64,000 nucleotides of DNA from an uncultured Bacteroidales bacterium (GCA_947074105.1 CAMTON010000001.1:45814-109813); one strand, 5' to 3'. Numbered from the stretch's first letter, positions 41,745 to 53,567 are shown. Translations and numbers: made by a program. The notes: generated by a model not told the origin, from the letters alone.

Positions 41745-42854
41745 CTATTTCAGATAGTAACCACCCTCACTTATTATTATATCCTCTTTAGTAAGTCCGG
41801 AAGATATTATTGCTATTCCGTTTTGTGTATTGCCGACACCTACCGGTGTACGCAGATATGTATCAGAGGCTATCTCCTTATATACATAAGTAAACTTTTC
41901 ATTTTGCATAAGTGCATTTTCTGACACTGAGACTGCTTCTGTCTCTTCGGAAAAGAATTTCACTGTGGCATACATTCCTATTTTCAAGTCGCTGTAATCA
42001 TTATCACAAACCGAAATAACACGTATCGATCTTGTTGATTCATCTACAAGATCATCTATATGAAATATCTCTCCTTCTTTCAGAACACCGGGTCTGGCTG
42101 AAACTTCAAAGTTCAGAATATCACCTTTTTTCAGATAACTGATATCCTTTTCCTTTACCTGCGCAGAAATCCATACGCGAGACAGATCAGCAACAATAGC
42201 GATCGGATCTGAGTCGTCTTTAATATATTGACCATTAACTATATTATTTTCAACAATATTCCCGGAGACAGGTGATTTGATTATAAGAGGCTGACCTAAT
42301 TTCATTGCCTCAGGATTATCGATCTGATATACATTCAGAGCAGCGATGATATTCTCATATTCTTTTTCAGCCATAAGAAGTGAGTTTTTAGCCTCTTCAA
42401 GTTCTTTCATTGAACAGACTCCTGCTTTTGCAAGTTCTTCTTTTCGCAGGAATTCTTTTTTTACGAGCTCCTTTGATGAAGATGACTGAAAAAACTCTTT
42501 CTGTGTATTTATAAAATCAGGAGAATTGATTTCATAAAGCGGCATACCTTCTTTCACTTTCTGACCAAGAGAGACATGCGACTTTATGACTCTTCCCGAA
42601 AATGGCGGGGTGATATAAGCAAAACGCGTAGGTATGGCCTGCACGGTACCGGCAGCAGTAATTTCTTTTGAATATGAATAACTCTTTGCCGAAGCTTTTT
42701 TTAATTTTCCTTTAAGTATTTCATCCTTAACAAAAACCGTATCATCTATCACGATATGGCTTTTCTCTTCATTCTTAACCACCTTTTCTCTGCATGCTGA
42801 TATAAAAATCGTAACAATACACAGACAAAGAACATTTACTTTTTTCATCATCAT
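41745..42854 (-). CDS. CzcB-like RND periplasmic adaptor
   Basis: Lipobox ISAC and MFP motifs. Start is more likely at MMMKK (42854-42848) because the -7 element at 42875-42882 abuts ATG 42872. Confidence 0.88.
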   Translation of the reverse strand: MMMKKVNVLCLCIVTIFISACREKVVKNEEKSHIVIDDTVFVKDEILKGKLKKASAKSYSYSKEITAAGTVQAIPTRFAYITPPFSGRVIKSHVSLGQKVKEGMPLYEINSPDFINTQKEFFQSSSSKELVKKEFLRKEELAKAGVCSMKELEEAKNSLLMAEKEYENIIAALNVYQIDNPEAMKLGQPLIIKSPVSGNIVENNIVNGQYIKDDSDPIAIVADLSRVWISAQVKEKDISYLKKGDILNFEVSARPGVLKEGEIFHIDDLVDESTRSIRVISVCDNDYSDLKIGMYATVKFFSEETEAVSVSENALMQNEKFTYVYKEIASDTYLRTPVGVGNTQNGIAIISSGLTKEDIIISEGGYYLK

Positions 42855-42874
42855 TTCTTTTGCTTTTGACATAA

Positions 42875-42944
42875 CAAAAGTAGACGGACATGATTTATTA
42901 TAGTATTAGAAAACCTTTAAGGTGATATTAGAAAATCATTAGAG
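42875..42944 (-). promoter_or_regulatory. czc operon promoter (TACTTTTG) with 11-bp-phased direct repeats (candidate OmpR-family boxes)
   Basis: TATTAGAAAA at 42904 and 42926, CATTAGAG at 42937. TTA(G/A) half-sites at 42906, 42917, 42928 and 42939. Confidence 0.6.
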
Positions 42945-43165
42945 TTTCAGACATTCTGCGATTCGCGGAAAATGGTAATCCGGACACCGGCTGTCTGACT
43001 AATGAGCATGGGAAAAAGTCACTTCAGCCCCTGGCTGAAGTTCGAATGTATTCTGAACGGTAGTCGTAAAAGAGAAATGAGGAAATGTAATCCGTATTAT
43101 GGAGGAATAAATTTCTGGCCGGTTTTTATTTAAAGCTAAAAGTTTTATTTATGATTTTTGTTCTT

Positions 43166-43798
43166 TCATGTGAAGGCTGAATCTGCTATAAAAGTATCAT
43201 TTTCCTTATCATATATTCGGTTATACTCTATACATTTTGCTATATCTTCAGCAACAGAATTGCCATATATATCACTTATAAAATCAAAGGACATATCTAT
43301 ACCGGCACTGACACCTGATGAAGTATAAAATTTATCTGACTTACACCACCGGGCTTTACTGTTCCATATAACTTTTGAAGAAATAGATTTTACCCAACTG
43401 AATGCCCTTTTATTTGAAGTTGCTTCACGATTATCAAGTAATCCTGTTTTCGCCAGCAACCCGCTGCCCGTACAAACCGTAAGAACATAATTGCTTAAAA
43501 GAGATATCCTTTTTATCTCTTCTATTAAAATACTGTTATTTATTTCAGTCCTTGTACCTGCTCCACCGGGAATCAGAAAGATATCCGTACCACAATATAA
43601 ATCGGATAATTTTTCTGTAAGAATATGTATTCCGTGAGAATTAATCACAACGCCTCCGGATAACGAATAAAACTTTATATCGAATAAATTATTCTTATAT
43701 CCTAATACCTCAACGGGTCCGAATACATCCAGTGTTTCAAAATTATCAAATAGCAGGACCGCTACATTTTTTGCTTTAGGTTCATTCATTTCATTCAT
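43166..43798 (-). CDS. DJ-1/PfpI family protein
   Basis: FETLDVFGPVEV, IPGGAG, VCTGS nucleophile Cys and TSSGVSAGID motifs. Confidence 0.9.
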   Translation of the reverse strand: MNEMNEPKAKNVAVLLFDNFETLDVFGPVEVLGYKNNLFDIKFYSLSGGVVINSHGIHILTEKLSDLYCGTDIFLIPGGAGTRTEINNSILIEEIKRISLLSNYVLTVCTGSGLLAKTGLLDNREATSNKRAFSWVKSISSKVIWNSKARWCKSDKFYTSSGVSAGIDMSFDFISDIYGNSVAEDIAKCIEYNRIYDKENDTFIADSAFT

Positions 43799-43910
43799 AA
43801 ATTACCGGTTATATATCATATTAAGAAAAATGGCCGGCAGACATGAGAAAAACTTAAAAAAATCACATTATGCAAATGTATAATTCATTTTTGTCTCTTA
43901 CAAATGCATT

Positions 43911-43977
43911 TATGTCAGCTATCAAACCTTATATGTCAGCTTTCAACCCTCTGTTTATGTTCACGTTACTAATTTCG
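43911..43977 (+). promoter_or_regulatory. PUL promoter: 21-bp-period direct repeat (candidate HTCS binding site) and a TAATTTCG -7-like element
   Basis: TATGTCAGCTATCAAACCT (43911) and TATGTCAGCTTTCAACCCT (43932); -7-like element at 43970-43977. Confidence 0.75.
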
Positions 43978-44057
43978 CTTTGCGTTTCAATATATAAATC
44001 ACATATAGAGTTTCAAACATAACATTTAATATAAATCTTTTAATCTAATCGTTTTTT

Positions 44058-44879
44058 ATGAGTGAAAAACTATTTCTATTATTAACCTTTTGTCTTATTC
44101 TTCAATCATGTTCTCCGGATGAGGAGTCAGTAGTAATTCAAAATGAGTCTTATGTATTCATAGATGAGTTTGATTTTTTTGATCAATCCGTATGGAACAA
44201 AGAGGTCCATGAAGCAGGTTGGACAAACAATGAACTTCAATCATATGATGCCGAACATGTATCAGTTGGTACAGATGAAGGCAGAAGTGTTCTTATGCTT
44301 ACTGCCGAACGTAAAGGAAATCGAATTATGTCAGGGCGCATTAACTCACGCGGCAAAAAAACTTTTAAGCATGGTCGTATAGAAGCAAGTATTAAACTAC
44401 CGGACTTAGGGAATGGTTTATGGCCGGCTTTCTGGTTAATGGGAGACAATGAGAAATCTTGGCCGGCATGTGGCGAAATTGATGTGATGGAGATGGGATC
44501 ACATGAAGCCATTATAACAGGTAATATCCCTACTATGATGAATGCAGCCATTCATTATGGTACTGATGTAGAGGGTCACAGGCAGGAATATCATCAGAGT
44601 AATTTTGCAACCAATCTTTTAGACGGCGAATATCATAAATATACGCTTGAACGTAGTGAGTATTCACTTGATATTTATGTTGACGACATAAAATTCCACT
44701 CTTTTGATATAAGTAAAGCAAGCGGCCGTAAAGACTATTTTCAAGACGATTTTTTTATTCTCTTCAATCTCGCAGTAGGGGGTGATTTTACAGGCATTAA
44801 TGAGATTGATGATGTGACGGCTCTCAAAGACGGCGATAAAGCTGTCATGTATATAGATTGGATAAAGATATCAAATTAA
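44058..44879 (+). CDS. GH16 endo-beta-1,3(4)-glucanase, surface lipoprotein
   Basis: Lipobox LQSC, WPAFWLMG and GEIDVME catalytic motif, NLAVGG. Confidence 0.93.
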   Translation: MSEKLFLLLTFCLILQSCSPDEESVVIQNESYVFIDEFDFFDQSVWNKEVHEAGWTNNELQSYDAEHVSVGTDEGRSVLMLTAERKGNRIMSGRINSRGKKTFKHGRIEASIKLPDLGNGLWPAFWLMGDNEKSWPACGEIDVMEMGSHEAIITGNIPTMMNAAIHYGTDVEGHRQEYHQSNFATNLLDGEYHKYTLERSEYSLDIYVDDIKFHSFDISKASGRKDYFQDDFFILFNLAVGGDFTGINEIDDVTALKDGDKAVMYIDWIKISN

Positions 44880-44895
44880 TCTTAAGTCATATTTT

Positions 44896-47800
44896 ATGAA
44901 AAACAATAATCAAAATTTCGCATTTTCTTGTGTTATATCAGCTCTTAGTTTATTTGCGGGATCGCAGTCTGTCAATGCTGTTAATGCTGAGTCAATAGTT
45001 TCTCAGCAAAAAAGTATTTTAGTAACAGGAACCGTTAATGATAATGTAGGAGCAGTCATAGGAGCATCGATATATGAAAAAGGGACGAACAATGGCACTA
45101 TTACAGATTTCGACGGGAACTTCAGTCTTAATGTAAAATCTGACGCTATACTGATAATAAGTTATATCGGTTATAAAAGCCAGGAGGTTAAAGTAAATGA
45201 CAAACCTGTTCGTATACTTTTAGTTGAAGACAGTAAGTCGCTTGACGAAGTGGTTGTGACTGCTCTTGGAGTAAAAAGAGAGCGTAAAGCTTTAGGTTAC
45301 GGGATTGATGAAGTAAAAGGCGAGTCATTAACAAAGGCCAAAGAAACTAATGTCATTAACTCTATGGCAGGCCGTGTTCCCGGATTAGTTGTAAGCCAGA
45401 CAGCCGGTGGGCCATCAGGATCTACCAGGGTTAATCTTCGCGGTAGTACGGAAATGACAGGTAATAATCAACCTTTATATGTTATCGATGGCGTTCCGTT
45501 AGATAATACCAATTATGGTAGCGCAGGAACATCAGGCGGATTCGACCTTGGTGATGGTATATCAAGTATTAATCCCGATGATATAGAAAGTATGTCCGTT
45601 CTGAAGGGTCCTGCAGCTGCTGCTCTTTATGGAAGTCGTGCGAGCCATGGCGTAATTTTAATCACTACCCGTAAAGCATCAGAAAAAAATAAATTCAGCG
45701 TAGAATATAATGGGACATTTACATTGGATGATCAGTTATCCAAATGGAACAATATTCAGCAAATTTACGGTATGGGCAGCAATGGCACATATAGTATAGA
45801 TGCCGTATCAAATACCAATAAGAGTTGGGGAGCTAAGGCTGACGGAACTAACTCACTTACATATTTCGACGGTATATCACGCCCTTATAAGATTATACCG
45901 GATAACACTGCGGGATTTTTCCGAACCGGATTTACATCCACTAACTCGGCAATCGTAAGTTCTAATAACGGAAATACAGGTTTACGTTTCACGTTTACCG
46001 ATATGAGAAACAAAGATATCGTTCCTAATACAAACATGAGCCGAGATATCTTTAACTTACGTACAAACTCTTCTCTAAATAAAGTTGATGTAGATTTAAG
46101 TGTTAACTATATGCGTGAGGATGTAAAAAACAGACCTGCTTTAGGAGACAGTAAGTCAAACATAGGTAAAAACCTTATGACGCTTGCAACTACTTATGAT
46201 CAATCATGGCTGAAAACTTATCAGAATGCTAACGGAGAATATTCCAACTGGAACGGAATGGATCCATATAATGTCAATCCATATTGGGACATATATAAGA
46301 ATTCCAATAATTCCACAAAAGATCAACTACGATTCAATGCCAGTGCTGTCTGGAATATTAACCCGAATTTAAAACTTAAGGGAACATTAGGTACTGAGTT
46401 TAACTGGTTCCTTTTTGATGATTACAAAGCACCAACAACACCGGGATATGAAGCCGGCTATCTGCAAAACAGCAATTTCGCTAATAAAATGTATAATATC
46501 GAATTACTGGCATTATATAATAAACATTGGGGAAATTTTGATTTCAATGCAACATTCGGGGGGAATATTTATATGGTTAACAACCATACCAACATTATTA
46601 CGGCTCAGGATATGAAAATTCCGAATGTAATATCACTTATGAGTTTTAATGAAATAAGTATTCAGGAAAGAAATTATTGCAAACAGATTAATTCAATATT
46701 CGGTTCTGCCAATATCGGATGGAATCATACGCTGTACCTTGATGCCACACTGCGCGGTGACCAGTCATCAACATTACCCGTAAATAATAATCTGTATGTT
46801 TATCCGTCTTTTTCGGGAAGTTTTGTTTTCTCTGAATTGATTAAAAATGCTTTCGCAATGCCTTATGGTAAAATGCGTATGTCATGGGCACAGGTTGGAA
46901 GTGATACTGATCCCTATCAGTTAGGATTAGTTTATACAAACTCAAAATATGCATATCCGGGATATACTATAGGATATATTGATAATTCTACGATTCCTAA
47001 CAAAGATCTGAAACCAACCAGGACTAATTCTTTCGAAGCAGGTCTGGAAATGAATTTATTAAAAGGACGTATAGGTTTTGATATAACATATTATACTCAA
47101 CTGAGTCAAAACCAGATAATGAGTATGGCCAGTTCCTGGACTTCCGGTTATACCCAAAGATTGATTAATGCCGGAGAAATCGAAAATAAAGGGATTGAAA
47201 TAGCTCTTAACACACGTCCAATACAGATAAATGACTTTTCATGGGATCTGAATCTGAACTTTTCCAAGAATTCAAACAAAGTGAAGAAACTGGTTGATGA
47301 TGTAGATATGTTTGAACTGGAAAAGGCATCCTGGCTTGATGTACAGATTGCAGCCAAAGTCGGAGAAAACTATGGTTCTATTGTCGGTCCGGATTTCAAA
47401 CGAAATGAACATGGTCAGGTAATTATCAATTCTTCTACGGGTCTTCCTGAATATGACAAATCAAATCATGTTCTGGGAAATGCTTCCTGGGACTGGACCG
47501 GCGGCTTAACTACATCGTTAAATTACAAAAATCTATCAGTGAGTGCTGTATTTGATGTAAAGGTGGGCGCTGATTTATATTCTATGTCTGCCCGTGCAGC
47601 TCATGAATCAGGTAAAAGTTTAGAAACATTGCAGGGAAGAGAGGAATGGTATCTTTCTGAAGAACAACGACAAGCCGCAGGTATAGCTAAGGGTTCCCCG
47701 GACTGGAAACCAACAGGAGGATTCATAGCTCCCGGTGTCATAGATAACGGAGATGGTACATATCGTGATAATGATGTAATTATCAACCCTGAAGAATACT

Positions 47801-48084
47801 GGTTAAGTGTTTGCCGTAACGCTCCGTCAATGTTCATTTATGATAATTCGTATGTAAAATGCAGAGAAATAGTATTGAGCTATCGTTTACCTCAAACATG
47901 GCTTAAGAATAAAGTACAAGGTATGACATTTTCTTTTGTTGCCAGAAACCCTTTCATTGTATGGAAAAACATTCCGAATATAGATCCCGATTCCAATTAT
48001 AACAATACTTCAGGAATGGGACTTGAATATGGATCTTTACCATCACGCAGAAGTTACGGATTTAACATCAACATGAAATTCTAA
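44896..48084 (+). CDS. SusC/RagA TonB-dependent transporter
   Basis: GTITDFDGNF N-terminal domain, plug motif VLKGPAAAALYGSRASHGVILITT, and C-terminal F. Confidence 0.96.
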   Translation: MKNNNQNFAFSCVISALSLFAGSQSVNAVNAESIVSQQKSILVTGTVNDNVGAVIGASIYEKGTNNGTITDFDGNFSLNVKSDAILIISYIGYKSQEVKVNDKPVRILLVEDSKSLDEVVVTALGVKRERKALGYGIDEVKGESLTKAKETNVINSMAGRVPGLVVSQTAGGPSGSTRVNLRGSTEMTGNNQPLYVIDGVPLDNTNYGSAGTSGGFDLGDGISSINPDDIESMSVLKGPAAAALYGSRASHGVILITTRKASEKNKFSVEYNGTFTLDDQLSKWNNIQQIYGMGSNGTYSIDAVSNTNKSWGAKADGTNSLTYFDGISRPYKIIPDNTAGFFRTGFTSTNSAIVSSNNGNTGLRFTFTDMRNKDIVPNTNMSRDIFNLRTNSSLNKVDVDLSVNYMREDVKNRPALGDSKSNIGKNLMTLATTYDQSWLKTYQNANGEYSNWNGMDPYNVNPYWDIYKNSNNSTKDQLRFNASAVWNINPNLKLKGTLGTEFNWFLFDDYKAPTTPGYEAGYLQNSNFANKMYNIELLALYNKHWGNFDFNATFGGNIYMVNNHTNIITAQDMKIPNVISLMSFNEISIQERNYCKQINSIFGSANIGWNHTLYLDATLRGDQSSTLPVNNNLYVYPSFSGSFVFSELIKNAFAMPYGKMRMSWAQVGSDTDPYQLGLVYTNSKYAYPGYTIGYIDNSTIPNKDLKPTRTNSFEAGLEMNLLKGRIGFDITYYTQLSQNQIMSMASSWTSGYTQRLINAGEIENKGIEIALNTRPIQINDFSWDLNLNFSKNSNKVKKLVDDVDMFELEKASWLDVQIAAKVGENYGSIVGPDFKRNEHGQVIINSSTGLPEYDKSNHVLGNASWDWTGGLTTSLNYKNLSVSAVFDVKVGADLYSMSARAAHESGKSLETLQGREEWYLSEEQRQAAGIAKGSPDWKPTGGFIAPGVIDNGDGTYRDNDVIINPEEYWLSVCRNAPSMFIYDNSYVKCREIVLSYRLPQTWLKNKVQGMTFSFVARNPFIVWKNIPNIDPDSNYNNTSGMGLEYGSLPSRRSYGFNINMKF

Positions 48085-48120
48085 ACGATTATTTATTAAT
48101 CATTTATAACAGAACAAGCA

Positions 48121-49788
48121 ATGAAACAGAATAAATTATATATAATAATAATGCTTTTGATTTCTTCATACGCTTTTTTCAGCTGCAGCGATGAATATAT
48201 GGAATCTATGAATACTGACACTTCGAAAGCAGAAACAATTGATCCTAATGCTCAACTAACGACGGCGATATTGCAGACTTACGGAGACCTGGAAATGGTT
48301 CAGACCTACCGTTCCTATCTGTATGCTTTTACTCAACAGCTAATGGGGTGTTGGAATACTACCAATTATGGTGGGCGCCATACTCTGGATAATAATGAAA
48401 TGAGCCATATATGGAAAACATTCTATCCTGTAGCGATTAAGAATCTCGTAGACGCTGAGTCCAGAACTGCAGGTGATGAAGAAAAAGTGAATATCAATGC
48501 TGCTATATCAATTTATAAAATATATCTGATGTCTGTTTTGACAGATATATATGGAGATATTCCGTATAGTGAAGCCGGAAGAGGCTATATAGATGGAATT
48601 TCCACTCCTCAATATGATACACAGGAAAGCATTTACTATAATTTCTTTACCGAACTGAAAACGGCAACAATGCTGATGAATGCAGGAAAAGATAAAATCA
48701 CCGGTGACGTTATTTTTAAAGGGGATGTCAGTAAATGGATTAAACTTGGAAATTCTCTCAGACTGCGATATGCGATGCGTATTTCTGATGTAGAACCTGA
48801 AAAAGCTCAAAAAGAGTTTGAAGATGTTTTATCAGGCAATTGTGATATTATTAATGATATCAACGAAAACGCATTGATTACTTATATAGACAAAGCATTC
48901 AGTTTCGGACAGGAATCATATACTGATTACCGCGGTAATGCCTTATCACAGTTGCTTTTCGGTAATGACCCGGCAAATAATCCCGGCTATCTATGTTCAA
49001 CATTCTTTAATGAACTTTATAATTCAAATGACCCGCGTACATTTAGAATTGGCAGATTCTATTATGACGGACTTATGAGTTCCACAAGTTCCGATAATCG
49101 TGTTGATCTGACGCAAGAAATGATAGACAAGAATATAACTTTTCAGCCACGTGATCCGGGGGCTTATTCCTGGGAACCATGGCCGGCGGGTTATGAGAGC
49201 GATATTCTTAAAACAATGAGCGAGAATAATCCGTCTATTAATTATAGTCTTGATCGTGAAACAGAACCCAAATTGGCAAGTAATTTTCTGAAAGGAGATA
49301 ATCCGGGTGTTATAATGACTTCGGCAGAAGTAAAATTTTTATTGGCTGAAGCAAAGCTGAAAGGTTGGAATGTAGAAGGAGATGTATATGAATTATATAA
49401 ATCCGGAGTACGTGAGGCTATGGATTTTCTTACTTATAATTATAAATGCGAAGAAATTACAGATGAGGAATTTGATAAATATATGGCAGAAAACGGGATT
49501 GGTTACACTAATGAGCAGAAGAAAGAATCCATAAATAAACAGGCTTGGATACTTCATTTCACTAATCCCACTGAATGTTGGGCTAATTTGCGCCGTTCCG
49601 GCTACCCCAGACTAAAATCGCCTGAAGAATATGGATATGGACAGTTCCTGACAGGAGGAAATGATATTCCGGTTAGATTGTGTTATCCTGTTTTAGAGTC
49701 TTCTTATAACAAAGATAATTATCAAAAAGCTCTTGACCGTATGGGGGGCGAAAACAGTTGGCATACTCCTGTATGGTGGGATAAATAA
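48121..49788 (+). CDS. SusD/RagB-family glycan-binding lipoprotein (SGBP-A)
   Basis: Lipobox FFSC, TDIYGDIPYSEA, WANLRRSGYP and VWWDK motifs; directly follows SusC. Confidence 0.95.
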   Translation: MKQNKLYIIIMLLISSYAFFSCSDEYMESMNTDTSKAETIDPNAQLTTAILQTYGDLEMVQTYRSYLYAFTQQLMGCWNTTNYGGRHTLDNNEMSHIWKTFYPVAIKNLVDAESRTAGDEEKVNINAAISIYKIYLMSVLTDIYGDIPYSEAGRGYIDGISTPQYDTQESIYYNFFTELKTATMLMNAGKDKITGDVIFKGDVSKWIKLGNSLRLRYAMRISDVEPEKAQKEFEDVLSGNCDIINDINENALITYIDKAFSFGQESYTDYRGNALSQLLFGNDPANNPGYLCSTFFNELYNSNDPRTFRIGRFYYDGLMSSTSSDNRVDLTQEMIDKNITFQPRDPGAYSWEPWPAGYESDILKTMSENNPSINYSLDRETEPKLASNFLKGDNPGVIMTSAEVKFLLAEAKLKGWNVEGDVYELYKSGVREAMDFLTYNYKCEEITDEEFDKYMAENGIGYTNEQKKESINKQAWILHFTNPTECWANLRRSGYPRLKSPEEYGYGQFLTGGNDIPVRLCYPVLESSYNKDNYQKALDRMGGENSWHTPVWWDK

Positions 49789-49820
49789 TTTATATAAAAA
49801 CATTAATAACATAAACTTAT

Positions 49821-51068
49821 ATGAAATATATATATATAATTCTGATCGGCTTAGCGATTAACTTTGCATTTACAGCCTGTAATACAGAAGAACCATATTC
49901 AACTGCCGGTCCGGAAGACAATCCGCGTATTCTTGATCCTACATTTATCGACCGTATTAACGGAGAATTACCCGTAATTGCGACAATCAATCGTGACAAT
50001 AACTTTGAAATGAGCCTTGTAGTCACTCCCGCGGATTTTTGCACAGTATCCTGGCTGATAGATAATGATGAAGTACATACAGGTAAATCGATAAATAAAA
50101 AATTCAAAGCAGGTAATTATCATCTGAAAGTAACAGTTACAACCTTCGCCGGAAAATCAACAAGCCGAGAAGGCATTCTTAAAGTAAATCCGTTAGAAAA
50201 TGATCCTTATACAACTGAAATCGATTTTGAACGAATCATTTCACCCGGAGGTAAAGCCAGATTGTATGGAGATAACCTTGATATAATAAAAAGTATTGTT
50301 ATCGACAATCATACTATTAAGGATCTGAATTATAATGCAGAGGATAATATCATAGAATATTCCGTCCCTAAGGATCTGACTGAAGGATCATATCGTGTGA
50401 TACTTGTTGATAACGGTGGGTTGGAGTATGGAGGTGATCTTGTAAATGTTTTTGCATCGCCCGTCATTTATTCCGGAGCTGAAAGGTCAAAACCTGATAA
50501 TGAATGGATAATGAATGGTATAAATCTTGATAAAATTGCCGATATGACATTTGCCGGATATACTATTTCATCTTTTACAGAACTTTCTGAATTTAAAATT
50601 GCATTTATCTGTCCTAATGTTGAAGTTGGAGAATATGTACTGACAGGAAAAACATCTGACGGGACGCCTGTTAACTTCTACACAAATAAAATAAATACGA
50701 CAGAACAGAATGTAGTTATTTCGGCAGAGACTGTACTTTGGTCAGGTCATCATTACGTATCATGGGATTACGAAGACGGAAATCCAAATAAAACATTCAA
50801 TTTAATAAGTAAAGAGACTTTTGCGTCTTTAAAAGCCGGAGGAACAATGTATATATATTGTTCTGTTGAGCCCGATGCGACTTATCATCAGATCCGTACC
50901 ACTTCCGGATGGTGGAGCGATCTGAACGGTACTTCGGCAACAGACCTTTCACAGGATGAAGTGATTAAAATACAGCTCACTCAGGATGTTCTTGATCAGA
51001 TAAATAATGAGGACGGATTCCTTTGTGTGGGACACGGTTATTATGTTGATAAAATAACTGTTTTATAA
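49821..51068 (+). CDS. Surface glycan-binding lipoprotein (SGBP-B; Ig-like domains plus a C-terminal binding domain)
   Basis: Lipobox FTAC, tandem Ig/IPT-like segments, Trp-rich C-terminal domain, and position after SusD. Confidence 0.8.
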   Translation: MKYIYIILIGLAINFAFTACNTEEPYSTAGPEDNPRILDPTFIDRINGELPVIATINRDNNFEMSLVVTPADFCTVSWLIDNDEVHTGKSINKKFKAGNYHLKVTVTTFAGKSTSREGILKVNPLENDPYTTEIDFERIISPGGKARLYGDNLDIIKSIVIDNHTIKDLNYNAEDNIIEYSVPKDLTEGSYRVILVDNGGLEYGGDLVNVFASPVIYSGAERSKPDNEWIMNGINLDKIADMTFAGYTISSFTELSEFKIAFICPNVEVGEYVLTGKTSDGTPVNFYTNKINTTEQNVVISAETVLWSGHHYVSWDYEDGNPNKTFNLISKETFASLKAGGTMYIYCSVEPDATYHQIRTTSGWWSDLNGTSATDLSQDEVIKIQLTQDVLDQINNEDGFLCVGHGYYVDKITVL

Positions 51069-51096
51069 ATAAAATTGTAATTATAGATATTTTGAT

Positions 51097-53424
51097 ATGA
51101 AATTTAATAAAATTGTTTTTTGTATTTCAATGGCCTCTTTAGCGTTATCTCCTTTATACGCAGTCGGTAATAAGATTGTAAAAAATAAAGAAACAGAGCG
51201 TAAAATAGAAAAAATTCTTTCCCGAATGACTCTTGAAGAGAAAATCGGACAGATGACCGAACTTGCGATAGATGTTTTGGGAGAAATGAAAGACGGACAT
51301 TTTGAATTGGATGATAAGAAAATACATGAAGCCATCGCGGTGTATAAAGTCGGCTCATTTTTAAATGCGCCGGGACCGGTAGCTCTGAGCAAGGAAAGAT
51401 GGAACGAGATTATAGAATGTATCCAGAGAGTTTCAATGAAAGAAATAGGCATTCCTTGTATATATGGACTTGATCAGAATCACGGGACAACTTACACTTT
51501 AGGCGGGACTCTTTTCCCTCAAAACATAAATATGGGAGCTTCTTTCAATCCTGATCTTATGTTAAAATCGGCAGAGGTTACAGCTTACGAAACAAGGGCA
51601 AGCAATTGCCCCTGGACATATTCTCCAACTGTGGATCTCGCATGTGACCCGCGCTGGTCCAGAGTCTGGGAAAACTATGGAGAAGACTGCCTTGTTAATT
51701 CCGTGATGGGAGCTGCTGCAGTAAGAGGATTTCAGGGAGATGATCCAAACAATATACCACTAGATCGTATTGCTGCTTCTATGAAACATTATATGGGATA
51801 TGGAATGCCTCGTACAGGAAAAGACCGAACACCTGCATATATATCAATTTCGGATTTACGCGAAAAACATTTCGCTCCCTTTAAAAAATGTGTAGAAGCG
51901 GGAGCTTTAACAATAATGGTTAACAGCGCATCTATAAACGGAGTACCGGTTCATGCTAACCATGAACTTCTTACAAAATGGCTTAAGGAGGATCTTAACT
52001 GGGACGGTATGCTTATTACGGATTGGGCTGATATTGATAATCTGTACACACGTGAGCATATAGCAGCCAATAAAAAAGAAGCGATTCAAATCGCCATTAA
52101 TGCCGGAATAGATATGGCAATGGAGCCGTATGATTTAAATTTTTGCACACTCTTAAAAGAACTGGTTAATGAAGGAGGTGTTTCAATGGAACGTATTGAC
52201 GATGCTGTGCGTAGAGTTCTTCGCTTAAAATATCGCTTACAGTTATTCGATCATCCAAATACTGGTTATAAAGATTATCCTATGTTCGGAAGTGATGAAC
52301 ACGCAGATCTGGCACTCAAGGCAGCTGAAGAATCTCAAATATTACTGAAGAATAATAATAAGATATTACCCCTGGACAAAAACAGGAAATATCTTTTGAC
52401 CGGACCTAATGCAAATGCCATGAGATGCCTTAACGGAGGATGGAGTTATACATGGCAAGGTCATCTGGCTGATAATTTCGCAAGTGATTATAACACAATC
52501 TATAGTGCATTATGTAATAAATTCGGTCGCGATAATATATTGCTGGAACAGGGAGTCACATATAAACCTTATGGATCGTATTTTGAAGAAAATGAACCGG
52601 ATATAGAGAAAGCTGTAATCGCTGCCAGTAAAGTTGATATTATCATTGCCTGTATCGGAGAAAACTCTTATTGTGAAACACCCGGAAACCTGTCGGATCT
52701 TTCACTTTCTGTCAATCAGAGTAATCTGATAAAAGCGTTGGCCGGAACAGGGAAACCTATTATTCTGATTCTTAACGGAGGACGCCCACGTATTATCAGT
52801 GATATAGAACCTCTGGCTGACGCTATTATAAATGTTTTGTTACCGGGTAATTATGGAGCCGATGCATTAGCTAATATTCTTGCCGGAGATGTAAATCCAA
52901 GCGGAAAAATGCCTTATACATATCCACGTAATCAGGCTGAACTTACCACTTATAATTATAGAGTAAGTGAAGAAATTGATAAAATGGAAGGAGCCTACGA
53001 TTATGATGCCGTAGTTTCTGTACAATGGCCATTCGGATTCGGTCTCAGCTATACTACTTTCGGGTATAATAATCTCAAAGTTAACAAGACAAATTTCAAA
53101 GCAGATGAAGAACTTACATTCTCAGTAGATGTTACCAACACCGGATCCTTTACAGGAAAAGAAACAGTCATGCTTTTCAGTCGTGATCTGATAGCCTCAA
53201 TGACTCCTGAAAACCGACGTTTACGTGCTTTTAAGAAAATTGAATTAAATCCGGGAGAAACAAAAAGTGTGAATTTTAAGCTAAAAGGAAGCGACCTGGC
53301 TTTTGTAGGAGCAGACGGAAAATGGATACTTGAGAAAGGTGATTTCAGAATCCAGTCAGGTACGCAGGTTTTGAATATTACTTGTTCAGAAACATATAAA
53401 TGGGAGAAACCAAATAAAGATTAG
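51097..53424 (+). CDS. GH3 beta-glucosidase (periplasmic)
   Basis: [23 protein letters not shown] nucleophile, [11 protein letters not shown] and a C-terminal Fn3-like domain. Confidence 0.95.
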   Translation: MKFNKIVFCISMASLALSPLYAVGNKIVKNKETERKIEKILSRMTLEEKIGQMTELAIDVLGEMKDGHFELDDKKIHEAIAVYKVGSFLNAPGPVALSKERWNEIIECIQRVSMKEIGIPCIYGLDQNHGTTYTLGGTLFPQNINMGASFNPDLMLKSAEVTAYETRASNCPWTYSPTVDLACDPRWSRVWENYGEDCLVNSVMGAAAVRGFQGDDPNNIPLDRIAASMKHYMGYGMPRTGKDRTPAYISISDLREKHFAPFKKCVEAGALTIMVNSASINGVPVHANHELLTKWLKEDLNWDGMLITDWADIDNLYTREHIAANKKEAIQIAINAGIDMAMEPYDLNFCTLLKELVNEGGVSMERIDDAVRRVLRLKYRLQLFDHPNTGYKDYPMFGSDEHADLALKAAEESQILLKNNNKILPLDKNRKYLLTGPNANAMRCLNGGWSYTWQGHLADNFASDYNTIYSALCNKFGRDNILLEQGVTYKPYGSYFEENEPDIEKAVIAASKVDIIIACIGENSYCETPGNLSDLSLSVNQSNLIKALAGTGKPIILILNGGRPRIISDIEPLADAIINVLLPGNYGADALANILAGDVNPSGKMPYTYPRNQAELTTYNYRVSEEIDKMEGAYDYDAVVSVQWPFGFGLSYTTFGYNNLKVNKTNFKADEELTFSVDVTNTGSFTGKETVMLFSRDLIASMTPENRRLRAFKKIELNPGETKSVNFKLKGSDLAFVGADGKWILEKGDFRIQSGTQVLNITCSETYKWEKPNKD

Positions 53425-53489
53425 ATTAGATTATATAATAAGACTACTTATTCTACATAACTATACTATACTGAAATCTTAAAACAATT

Positions 53490-53536
53490 ATCCGCCAATT
53501 TTGATCTTTTAAATCAAATATTGGCGGATTTTTTTT
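53490..53536 (+). terminator. Terminator between GH3 and the HTCS gene
   Basis: ATCCGCCAA...TTGGCGGAT followed by a T-tract. Confidence 0.8.
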
Positions 53537-53567
53537 ATTCTTCCAAATGTATTAAACTTCCGTCCCG

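Noticed and set aside
43009-43134. 41-codon plus-strand ORF containing the CTTCAGCC/GGCTGAAG hairpin
   Set aside because: No promoter or motif support. The hairpin is adequately explained as a terminator-like structure downstream of DJ-1.
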